DNA from: Rebecca billardiae RCC1528
Lineage: Eukaryota > Protista > Haptophyta
NCBI GenBank assembly: GCA_965240325.2
Contig: OZ251238.1
Coordinates: forward strand, 1,302,001-1,366,000
Reading direction: 5' to 3'
Length of the DNA stretch: 64,000 nt
The notes under the pieces were generated by a model. That model saw only the letters and a program-made list of their open reading frames with translations, ran no database searches and had not been told where the DNA came from. A program made the position numbers and the translations under genes. Shown here in pieces: positions 55,972 to 64,000 of this stretch. The stretch's first letter is position 1. Each line of letters begins with the position of its first letter.

Positions 55972-56077
55972 AGCTAGTAGTAGTCATCTGCGCGAGTTGA
56001 TGCGTGCCATGATGCGCAGCAGCAGCCGGCTGACGGCTGAGTAGTCCGCGTTGATGACGAATCTGCCACGCGCGCGC

Positions 56078-57748
56078 TCAGAGCAGCAGGAAAGCCCCCC
56101 CGCGCTGCTTCTCCGCCTTAGCCCGCAGCAGCACGCCGGCTGCGCCGAGCCGGCCCAGCCAGCACGCGCCAAACACGCACGCGGCGCCCACCAGCAAGCC
56201 GGTGGGCTGCGCGGCGCGCCAGGGCGACGGCGCGCCGAGCGCGGCGGCGCCGAGCGCGAGCTCGACCGCCGCCGTCCACGCGACGATGCGCGCCTCGCCC
56301 AGCGCGGTGGTGTCGTCAGACATCAGCATAGCGGGCGTGGCCGCGTAGAAGAGGAAGCAGAAGAACAAGCCGGTGCCCCACGCCCCAAATCCGAGCTTGT
56401 CCTTCTGTACGGCGTAGCGCGCGAGGGCGACAAGAACGGCGAACGCGCCGAGCAGCGGCGGCGCGAGCCAGTTACCGAGCGCGCAGCCGAAGAGCGCGAT
56501 CGGCAGCGCGCGGCTCACCACGCCGACAGGCGCCAGCGCGCGCGCCGCCCATCGCGCGCCGCCGCGGCCGCCGGCCCCACCGCCACCGGCCTCGCTCGCG
56601 CCGCCGTAGCCCGCCAGCCGCATGCGCTCGACGCTAAAGTCGCCGAGCACGAGGCCCATGCCCGCGATGGAGACGGCGAGGGAGACCCACGAGAGCGCGG
56701 ATGCGCGCGCCGCGCCGAGCCACAGCAGCACGTACCCCTGCACGAACACCTGCGGCGCCGCCTCGAGCGCCACCTCGAACAGCTTGAGGAACAGCACCGG
56801 CTGCACCTCGACCTCGTCGACGTGATTGCCGCGCCACACGCGCACCACCGCCGCGTGCACGGCGCCGAGCTGCAGCACGCTCGTCACGGCCGCGCCGAGC
56901 TTCTCGGCGCAAGTCTGGTCGAGGCCACTGATCAGCCCCACGTACGCGCCGAAGACGAGCGCCGCCAGCGTGTTCAGCCCGACGCAGCCGAGCGCGATCG
57001 CCGCCCAGACGGTGTGGCCGCACCGGAACCATTGGGCCGCGAGCAGCACGTCCGTCACGCCGTCGGTGGTTGCAAGCAGCGCGCCGCCGAGCATCATGAA
57101 CGCCTTCTTACGGGCCGCCCAGCCGCGCAGCCGGAGCACCAGCCACGTCACCAAGCCCACGCCCGCATCTACCAGGAGCACCACCGCCAGCAGCGCCACC
57201 TTCTCAGGCGCCGTCGTGCCTGTGGTGCCGGTGCGGAGGAAGCGATAGTCCTCCCGGCCCAGCCGCTGGAGGCACAGCGCGGTCTGCACGCGCGCGTCCG
57301 ACGGCGCGGGTGTGAGCGGCGCGCGCGCGGCCGCGCCCGGCGGTGCGTCGTCCGCCGCACCGCCGCCCGTCGCCAGCGTCTCGTCTGCGTCAGCCGCTGC
57401 GTCTGCCGCGCGCTCGTCGCCCTCCGCTGTGCCGTTCAGCTTTGCGCTGGGCGCATCCGCGACCATGGCGGTGTCACTGAGCACGGCGGTGCCATCGGCT
57501 TCAGCCGACGCGTCGGACGCGAGCAAGCACCCGCCACCCTCGCACGCCGCGCCGTCGGTGCCGTTCATCGTCGGTGGCTCGACCTCGGGCGCGAGAAGCT
57601 CGCGCGCGCGCTTGCCCGCGCGCGCCAAGCGTGCGGGTGGCGTGCCCTCGCCCGCGGGCAGGGCGATCACGCTAGCAAAGGGCGGAGCGCACGCGAGTGC
57701 GAGCGCGAGCACGCGCAGCTTCGCCGTGCTGGGCGTTGTCGGGCGCAT
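56078..57748 (-). CDS. XK-related (XKR scramblase-like) multi-pass membrane protein, paralog 1
   Basis: DGVTDVLLA..WF..GH.VW and LKLFEVALEAAPQVFVQGY (XK E..PQ..Q motif); signal peptide plus an acidic linker. Confidence 0.75.
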   Translation of the reverse strand: MRPTTPSTAKLRVLALALACAPPFASVIALPAGEGTPPARLARAGKRARELLAPEVEPPTMNGTDGAACEGGGCLLASDASAEADGTAVLSDTAMVADAPSAKLNGTAEGDERAADAAADADETLATGGGAADDAPPGAAARAPLTPAPSDARVQTALCLQRLGREDYRFLRTGTTGTTAPEKVALLAVVLLVDAGVGLVTWLVLRLRGWAARKKAFMMLGGALLATTDGVTDVLLAAQWFRCGHTVWAAIALGCVGLNTLAALVFGAYVGLISGLDQTCAEKLGAAVTSVLQLGAVHAAVVRVWRGNHVDEVEVQPVLFLKLFEVALEAAPQVFVQGYVLLWLGAARASALSWVSLAVSIAGMGLVLGDFSVERMRLAGYGGASEAGGGGAGGRGGARWAARALAPVGVVSRALPIALFGCALGNWLAPPLLGAFAVLVALARYAVQKDKLGFGAWGTGLFFCFLFYAATPAMLMSDDTTALGEARIVAWTAAVELALGAAALGAPSPWRAAQPTGLLVGAACVFGACWLGRLGAAGVLLRAKAEKQRGGAFLLL

Positions 57749-57965
57749 CGTCGGAGACGTCGCCTTCGTGAGCGCGGAAGCGGGCACTCAGCAGCGACTT
57801 GCAGCATTCGCCGGGCGTGATGATTGATGATCGTGAATGAACCTTCGTCTTACAAACCAGATGAATGTTCTGATGAACAGACTGAATTCTGAATCGTGGG
57901 TACCAGCCTACCAGGAAAGGCGGTAGTAACGGCCGAAGCGCAAAGCCTGAGCTGCCCGCCGTCGG

Positions 57966-59666
57966 ATGATCAAGAGCTGCGCACCCCCGCCGGGGGAGGG
58001 CAGGCTGATGGCCAGCACTCGGCACCTGCGCGATGAGCAGCCGCGCAAGCCGCTCGCGGCGACGACGATCGCCATCGACGGGCGCGACATGCGCAGCGCT
58101 GCGACCATCCACGCGCGTGCCGAGCGCTTGAATGAGCGGCTGCGTGTCAGCCGCTCGCACGCGCGCGGCGCGCGCCATGCGGAGGGCGGGCTCGTCGACT
58201 CGCCGACTCCGGCGCGCGCGGCGGCTGGGCTGCTGCCCGAGAGCATCGACGAGTGGCGGCTGCTGCATACAAGCGCACCTCACGCCGCGCATGTGGGGCC
58301 GACGAGCCCCGCATCGCCCCCGACCGCGCCGATGCCTCCCGCCACGCCCTCGCCGACGCCCGTGCACGCCAAGCTGCCGGAGGCGTCTCCCGAGCTGCCG
58401 GCCGTCGATCCCGCGGCCAACGACGAGACACGCGGCGCCGTCGGCGCGCATGAGCCCATAGGCGCGTCCGAGCGCGACGAGAGCGGCGAGAGCGGTCCTC
58501 GGCCCGCCACCAGACCCAGCCGACCGCGCCCTGCGACCGCAGGCAGCCGCTCCGGCGGAGGGCGGAGGACACAGACAGGTGCGAGCAGTGCGCTCGACGC
58601 TTGGTCGACGATGGATGAGGGCAGCGGCCTCGCGGGGAGCGAGCCGGGCAGCGCAGCACAGCTGGCGCGCAGCGCAAAGCAGCGCGGTGGCGCACCGGCG
58701 CATGGCGGCGGTGCTGGCGGGCGCCGCGCTGCGCCGCGCGCCGCCGCGCGGCCCGCCACGCCGGCTGCTGGCGCGCCGCTGGGCCCACCGGCCAATGGCG
58801 CGCCGAGAGCACACGCGGGCGTGCCCACCGGCCGTGCGCCCGCGCCGCAGCGTGCGGCTCGCGTGCCTCGGCGGCGCGTGCGCAGCGCGCCGCTGCAGCG
58901 CGCTACCGCACCCGCCGCGCATGCCGGCGGCACGGCGCCAGCCCCATCCTGGCTGCGCCACGTAGCCGCTGCCCGCGCCACGGGCGCGGCCGTGCCGCCC
59001 GCCGCCGTGGCGGCATGGACGGCGGTGGACAGCACGCGCGGCTGGCACGCGCCGTCCATGCCGCCGCCGCGGCCGCGCTCGGCGCGCGCGCGGACGACCA
59101 TTGGCATCAGCGCCCGCCTGCAACTGCCGACGGCGCCACCGCCGCCCCCAGAGCAGAGCCACGAGCCGCCCTCTCAAGCCTCTGCCGCCGCGGAGCAGCC
59201 GCCGAGCGCAGGCGCGGCTGACCCGTTGGGCGCGGGCGCGCACGCCAGGTCTCGGCCGACATCCGCGCCGCTCGTCGGCGGCGCGCGGCAGCATGCGAAG
59301 CTGCTGCAGCGCGTACCGCCGCCCGCGTGGGCGTGGGGCGACCACGTGCTGGCGATCCGGCACCTTGAGCTCGGCGCCGCGCCGACGACCGAGCCGCACG
59401 CGCGCGCGCGCGCTGCTGAGCTGCGCAGCGGCGGGGCCAGCGCGCGCTCGCCCCAGCACGGCAACGGTGGTCCCGCGTGCGGCCATCACGACGCGAATAA
59501 TAGCGCCGGCGGTGCGATCACCGTCGACATTGTGCTCCCGACCGCGACCGTCACGCCCTCGGCCGTCTACCTGCTCGCGGATGGCACGCCGCTGTTTGAG
59601 CACGGCGCCTCGGCGTTCGTCCTCCGCAGGCTTGCAGTGACGACACACGCAGCTGCTGAATGCTGA
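57966..59666 (+). CDS. Hypothetical Pro/Ala-rich protein
   Basis: 566-codon ORF with GC3-biased codons; no recognised domain. Confidence 0.55.
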   Translation: MIKSCAPPPGEGRLMASTRHLRDEQPRKPLAATTIAIDGRDMRSAATIHARAERLNERLRVSRSHARGARHAEGGLVDSPTPARAAAGLLPESIDEWRLLHTSAPHAAHVGPTSPASPPTAPMPPATPSPTPVHAKLPEASPELPAVDPAANDETRGAVGAHEPIGASERDESGESGPRPATRPSRPRPATAGSRSGGGRRTQTGASSALDAWSTMDEGSGLAGSEPGSAAQLARSAKQRGGAPAHGGGAGGRRAAPRAAARPATPAAGAPLGPPANGAPRAHAGVPTGRAPAPQRAARVPRRRVRSAPLQRATAPAAHAGGTAPAPSWLRHVAAARATGAAVPPAAVAAWTAVDSTRGWHAPSMPPPRPRSARARTTIGISARLQLPTAPPPPPEQSHEPPSQASAAAEQPPSAGAADPLGAGAHARSRPTSAPLVGGARQHAKLLQRVPPPAWAWGDHVLAIRHLELGAAPTTEPHARARAAELRSGGASARSPQHGNGGPACGHHDANNSAGGAITVDIVLPTATVTPSAVYLLADGTPLFEHGASAFVLRRLAVTTHAAAEC

Positions 59667-60056
59667 TTTTGACGATATCGTGATCGGCGTACGCGATCGC
59701 GAGTACTAGGTAGCAGTCACGGAGCGGATGGATCTAGACCTGTACATCATGATGAGTAGTGGCGGTATTAAACCGCCTACTGGACTCTGGAGGCTGTAGC
59801 CTCGGTGCCACTCACTCCGGTACGGCCCTTGACTCCGGTGCGATATGGGACTGAGTCAGTGAGTCGTACATAATGAATTGGTGGATAATGTACTTGGAAT
59901 AGAGGGAGCCGTTTCAATGATGCTGTACGGTTCGATCAGATTCGATATGGTTGACCTTACAGGTACACGACAGTTGTCTTACAGGTAGATAGCCGTTCGT
60001 TGACGGCTATCTCCCTTGTTCGTTGAAGCGTCACACAGCACGCCGCAGCACCTCGC

Positions 60057-61679
60057 ATGGCGCTCGGCACCTCGCGCAACTCGGCTGCACGCGCGGCTGC
60101 GCTGCTTGCGCTCGCGCTCGCGTGCGTACCCGCGCTGCTCCTCGCCCTGCCAGTCAGCGATGCTGCGGATGCGCGCTCGGCGCACACGCGCGTGCGAGCG
60201 CGCGCCCTGCTCGCAGCGGCCGCGGCTGACGAGCTGCACGACGGCACGGCCGCGGCGGCGTGCGATGGCGGCGCGTGCGCCACGAATGCGACAGCTGCTT
60301 CCGCGCACCAAGACGGCGCGGTGACATCCGACAACACCACTGAGCACGCGGCTGCGCCTGCCCCGCCGCTGCCGCCCAATCGCACGGTGCGCGAGCCGAG
60401 CGCCCCCGCGGCTGCAGATGAGACGCTGTCGACGACGGAGGGCCAGGTGGGCGAGCCCGAGGCGCACGACGAGCAGCTGCAGACGGCGCTGTGCCTTCAG
60501 CGCCTGGGCGGGGAGGACAAGCATTTCCTTCGCTCGCCCGAGACGGCGCTCGAGAAGCTCGGCCTTGCGGCGGTGGTGCTCCTGGCCGGGGCGGGCGCTG
60601 CGTTCATGGCGGGGCTGGTGGCCAGGGCGTATCGCCGCGGCGGCTGGGAGCCCTCCAAGAAGGCGGCGTTGATGCTCGGCGGCGCGCTGCTTGCAACCAC
60701 TGACGGCGTGACGGACGTGCTGCTCGCGACTGAGTGGTACCGTTGCGGCCACCACGTCTGGGCGGCGATCGCGCTCGGCTGCGTCGGGCTGAACACGCTG
60801 GCGGCGCTCGTCGTCGGCTCGCTGGGGGGCTACATCACTGGCAATGGCGATAACTCGAGCTGCAGCGAGCGCGCCGGGGCGGCCGTGACGAGCGTGCTGC
60901 AGCTCGGCGCCGTGCACGCGGCGGTGCTGCGCGTGTGGCGCGGCCAGCACGTCGACCCAGGTGAGGCACAGATGGTGCTCCAGCTCAAGCAGTTTGAGGT
61001 GGCGCTCGAGGCAGCGCCGCAGGTGTTCGTGCAGGGGTACGTGCTGCTGTGGCTGGGCGCGGAGCGCGCGTCGGCGCTGTCGTGGGTCTCGCTCGCCGTC
61101 TCCGTCGCGGGCATGAGCCTCGTGCTCGGCGACGTCTACGCCGATACGATGCGCCGGAACAACTATCCCGGCGCACCCGACGACAGCGAAGGGGACGGCG
61201 GTGGCGCGAGATGGGCGGCGCGCGCGCTCGGTCCGCTCGGCGTGGTGAGCCGCGCGCTGCCGATCGCGCTGTTCGGCTGCGCTTTCGGCAACTGGCTGGC
61301 GCTGGCGCTGCTCGGCGCGCTCGCCGTGCTCGTCGCCCTCCTGCGCTTCGAGCTGAGGGACAAAGGTGGGTGTGAGCCGTGGTTCTATGCAGTGGTCTGG
61401 TCCTTCCTCTTCTACGCGGCCGCACCCCTTGTGCAGCTGGAGAACGAAACCAGCGCGCGCGGCGAGGTGCGCATCGTCGTGTGGACGGCGGCGGTCGAGC
61501 TCGCGCTCGGCGCCGCCGCGCTCGGTGCGCCGTCGCCCTGGCACGCCGCGCAGCCCGCCGGCTTGCTGGTGGGTGCCGCGTGTCTGTTTGGCGTGTGCTG
61601 GCTGGGCCGGCTGGGTGCAGCCGGCGTGCTGCTGCGCGCCAAGGCGGCTCGGTTTGACGAGAGACTGGCGCTGCTCTGA
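60057..61679 (+). CDS. XK-related multi-pass membrane protein, paralog 2
   Basis: Highly similar to 56078-57748 (LQTALCLQRLG.ED, DGVTDVLLA, FEVALEAAPQVFVQGY). Confidence 0.75.
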   Translation: MALGTSRNSAARAAALLALALACVPALLLALPVSDAADARSAHTRVRARALLAAAAADELHDGTAAAACDGGACATNATAASAHQDGAVTSDNTTEHAAAPAPPLPPNRTVREPSAPAAADETLSTTEGQVGEPEAHDEQLQTALCLQRLGGEDKHFLRSPETALEKLGLAAVVLLAGAGAAFMAGLVARAYRRGGWEPSKKAALMLGGALLATTDGVTDVLLATEWYRCGHHVWAAIALGCVGLNTLAALVVGSLGGYITGNGDNSSCSERAGAAVTSVLQLGAVHAAVLRVWRGQHVDPGEAQMVLQLKQFEVALEAAPQVFVQGYVLLWLGAERASALSWVSLAVSVAGMSLVLGDVYADTMRRNNYPGAPDDSEGDGGGARWAARALGPLGVVSRALPIALFGCAFGNWLALALLGALAVLVALLRFELRDKGGCEPWFYAVVWSFLFYAAAPLVQLENETSARGEVRIVVWTAAVELALGAAALGAPSPWHAAQPAGLLVGAACLFGVCWLGRLGAAGVLLRAKAARFDERLALL

Positions 61680-61719
61680 CATCAGTCTGAGCTCGCGCAC
61701 GACGGTCGTGAGCAGGGCG

Positions 61720-61790
61720 TATACAGCAGGCAATCGCGGGCAATAATAAGGAGCAGCTGTCACGTTTAAGAAACTGGGCGGGCTTGCTAG
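61720..61790. mobile_element. Solo degenerate end of the 48171-48733 MITE family
   Basis: TACAG(CAG)GCAATCGCGGGCAAT(AAT)AAGGAG(CAG)CTGTCACGTTTAAGAAACTGGG matches the reverse complement of ~48680-48735. Confidence 0.8.
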
Positions 61791-62058
61791 CCAGCAATAG
61801 GCACGACGGCGCCGGGGCGCGGTCCGGCGGGCAGTGGCACGGGGCCAGGGGCGGTGGCTTGAGGGGCTAGATGAGTGTGATGACGATGTAGCCCCTCAGA
61901 TGATTATATAGTCGTCATGCTGAACGAGGCCGCCGTGCGCGGGCGGCGGCCGGTCACTCGACTACGGTTCGTCCGAGTGACGATCGGGCGCCCACCGGTT
62001 CGCACTCTGTGCCAGGGCACCGCGAGGACGCCACCCCAGAGCCTGCGCCGCGCCGTCG

Positions 62059-63738
62059 TCACTGCCGACCGAGCGGCGGCCCGAACGGGGCGGCGTGCGT
62101 GCGCGGCGTGAAGGGGCCATCGTGAGGGCCTGAGCCTTGGGGCGCCGACGACGCTGCAGCCGCGGCGCCGTGCAGCTTGACGGCGGCTCCGCCGTACACG
62201 GCGGGCGCGCTTGGCGCGTCGGCGTTGAAGCAGCCCTGGCCGCTGATGGTGACGCACGCCGGACGCACGCCGGCAGCCAAGATCGCGCCCGCGGCTGGCG
62301 GGATCGACGGCGCCGCGCCGCCGAGCGCGGGCGCGGACGCGCGGCGCCCGTGCTGCCCGCCGCGCATCCCCTGCACCTGCGCCGACGCGGCGCGGCCAGG
62401 CGCCGCGGACGCGCGGCGTGCGTGCGCGGGCGCGTCGGCGCGCGCCACGGGCGCGCTCCCGCCGCGCGCGCGCGCGCGCGCCGAGAGCAGCTTGCCCACG
62501 ACGAACGGCCGTTCGTTCACGCCCACCGCGCGCCCGTCCACCTCCGCGAGACACGGCGGTCCGGCGAGTAGAATGAACGACCGTGTGTCTTTGGGCGCGC
62601 ACGGCATCTGCGCGGTGGTGTGCGCGAGCGCGCCGCGTGGCGCGGCGGCGAGCGGGCACGGGGCGATGTTGAGCTTCGCCAGCCGCTCGCAGCCGTTCAG
62701 CAGCGCGCCGAGCAGCGGCGCGTCGTCCACGCCGAGATCGCATCCCGAGATATCGATCTCGCGCAGCGCGGAGCACACGAGCAGCGCGTGTACAGACTCT
62801 GCGCCCACGCCGTTGCCCGCGCAGCGCAGCGACTCGAGCGCCTGGGCGCAGCCGTCGAGGCTGCCCGGGGGCAGCTCGAACGGCTCGCCCTCCGCAAGCC
62901 GCTGCTGCGCCACGTGCAGCTCGCGCAGCCGCACCGCGCGGTCCAGCCCGCCGACGTGCGTCAGCCGGTTGCGACTCAGCCGCAGCCTCTCTAAGGAGCC
63001 GGGCGCGAGCCAGTCGTCGAGCGAGGCGAGCGCGTTGTCCTCGGCGTGCAGCTGGCGCAGCGAGCGGACGTGCGAGAAGGGCTCGAGCGAGGTGAGCGCG
63101 TTTCCCGAGATGAACGCCACCTCGAGGACGGGCAGCGCCTGCGGGGGGCGGAGGGGGGGGCGGCGGGAGGGGGTGAGCACGCGGGCGCAGACGCGCGGTT
63201 GTGTTGACGGCTCGGCGCGCGAAGCGCCCGCTGCGGCGGGGCGCGAGAGGCGCGTGGCGTGCGGCCGCACGCCGCGCACCTGAATCCCCTCCACGTGCGA
63301 GAGCCGCTGACCGTCCAGGTGCAGGTGCGTGATCGAGCGGAGGAACGCGCGCCGGCTGACGCCCGCGGCGGGCTTGCGCCGTACGCCAAGCTCGATCAGC
63401 GCATGCAGATTCGGGTCGTCCTCGGGCTCGGACGTCTTGGCGTGCTGGTCGCGCGTGGTACGGCGCGCAGTGGCGAACGCCGAGTAGTCGAACGCGCTCG
63501 AGGGCTCGCCGCGCGCCGAGGCCGGGCCCGAGCCAGAGGGCGACGCACGCTCGCCGCGCGCCGCCGCCTCCGCCGACGCGTCGCTCTGCTCCGACGGGAA
63601 GGCCGGTGGGCGGCCGTCCGTGCGGGATGCGCCGAGATGGTGGCTGGCCTGGGAGCCGTCGTTTGCGAGCTGCGGCTTGGGCGGCGGCTCGAGCGCGAGG
63701 CCGGAGAGAGCGTCGGTCAAGCCCAGCGGCGCCGACAT
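62059..63738 (-). CDS. PPP1R42: Leucine-rich-repeat protein, PPP1R42/SDS22-like; intron 63139-63279
   Basis: ITHLHLDGQRL..VEGI, LxxLxLxxNxL repeats and the diagnostic LRELHVAQQRL..GE. Confidence 0.75.
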   Translation of the reverse strand: MSAPLGLTDALSGLALEPPPKPQLANDGSQASHHLGASRTDGRPPAFPSEQSDASAEAAARGERASPSGSGPASARGEPSSAFDYSAFATARRTTRDQHAKTSEPEDDPNLHALIELGVRRKPAAGVSRRAFLRSITHLHLDGQRLSHVEGIQVRGVRPHATRLSRPAAAGASRAEPSTQPRVCARVLTPSRRPPLRPPQALPVLEVAFISGNALTSLEPFSHVRSLRQLHAEDNALASLDDWLAPGSLERLRLSRNRLTHVGGLDRAVRLRELHVAQQRLAEGEPFELPPGSLDGCAQALESLRCAGNGVGAESVHALLVCSALREIDISGCDLGVDDAPLLGALLNGCERLAKLNIAPCPLAAAPRGALAHTTAQMPCAPKDTRSFILLAGPPCLAEVDGRAVGVNERPFVVGKLLSARARARGGSAPVARADAPAHARRASAAPGRAASAQVQGMRGGQHGRRASAPALGGAAPSIPPAAGAILAAGVRPACVTISGQGCFNADAPSAPAVYGGAAVKLHGAAAAASSAPQGSGPHDGPFTPRTHAAPFGPPLGRQ

Positions 63739-64000
63739 GGACGCTATAGCGGTTATGCCGGCCGGTTCAAAGGTGCGGGGCGGGGCGCGAGACCGTCCGG
63801 CCGCCCGTGACTGTGCAGCGCAGCGCTGTCTTCATGCAATCCGGCTCATCGCCTATTGGTCGAAGGGATGGTGCTACACTGTACTGGCTATTTCGGTGCT
63901 GGGCGCCCATCCATGCTAGGTCATATTCGAGCAGGGATGCGGTGGGCGGGCGCAATCGTGCTCGCTGTGGCCTGCGCGGTGCGCGCCGACTTCCAGCCGG

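Noticed and set aside
1-64000. tRNA, rRNA or snRNA genes
   Set aside because: No convincing cloverleaf/T-loop or rRNA/snRNA signature seen by eye; tRNAscan-SE or Infernal would be needed to exclude them.

Overview
Very GC-rich (about 70%+) eukaryotic DNA with short GT-AG spliceosomal introns (donors mostly GTGCGC/GTGAG, acceptors mostly YGCAG/CCAG). Genes are compact and separated by AT-rich (TA)n/microsatellite spacers. The style suggests a haptophyte alga such as a Pavlovales/Diacronema-type genome (inference). About 23 protein genes are recognisable: COMM-domain, HS2ST-like sulfotransferase, hybrid histidine kinase, MATE, Sel1+MYND, two exostosin GT47, class III aminotransferase, GHMP kinase, RING-CH ligase, a spliced double-SpoVS protein, a propeller-like protein, a multi-TM TIR-like protein, MddA-like methyltransferase, ankyrin, LSM4, PSF1, RPS27, an SLC35-type transporter, PEX2, two XK-related paralogs, PPP1R42 and a low-complexity ORF. 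The TIR-like gene is probably fused to the C-type lectin frame downstream of it. Positions 3.7-6.8 kb and 9.6-15.9 kb are rich in mobile elements. They hold a head-to-tail pair of CAC-ended TIR elements with a signal-joint-like junction, a split-direct-repeat element with structured tandem repeats, and a 2.67-kb element whose TIRs begin with the RSS heptamer CACAGTG. Several MITEs and retro-like 3' tails are dispersed through the window. The strongest candidates for new biology are the putative 7-TM TIR/C-type-lectin receptor with its catalytic motif on a 19-nt micro-exon, the RSS-like TIR transposon, and the intron-containing tandem SpoVS gene. All calls come from reading the sequence; no database searches were run.
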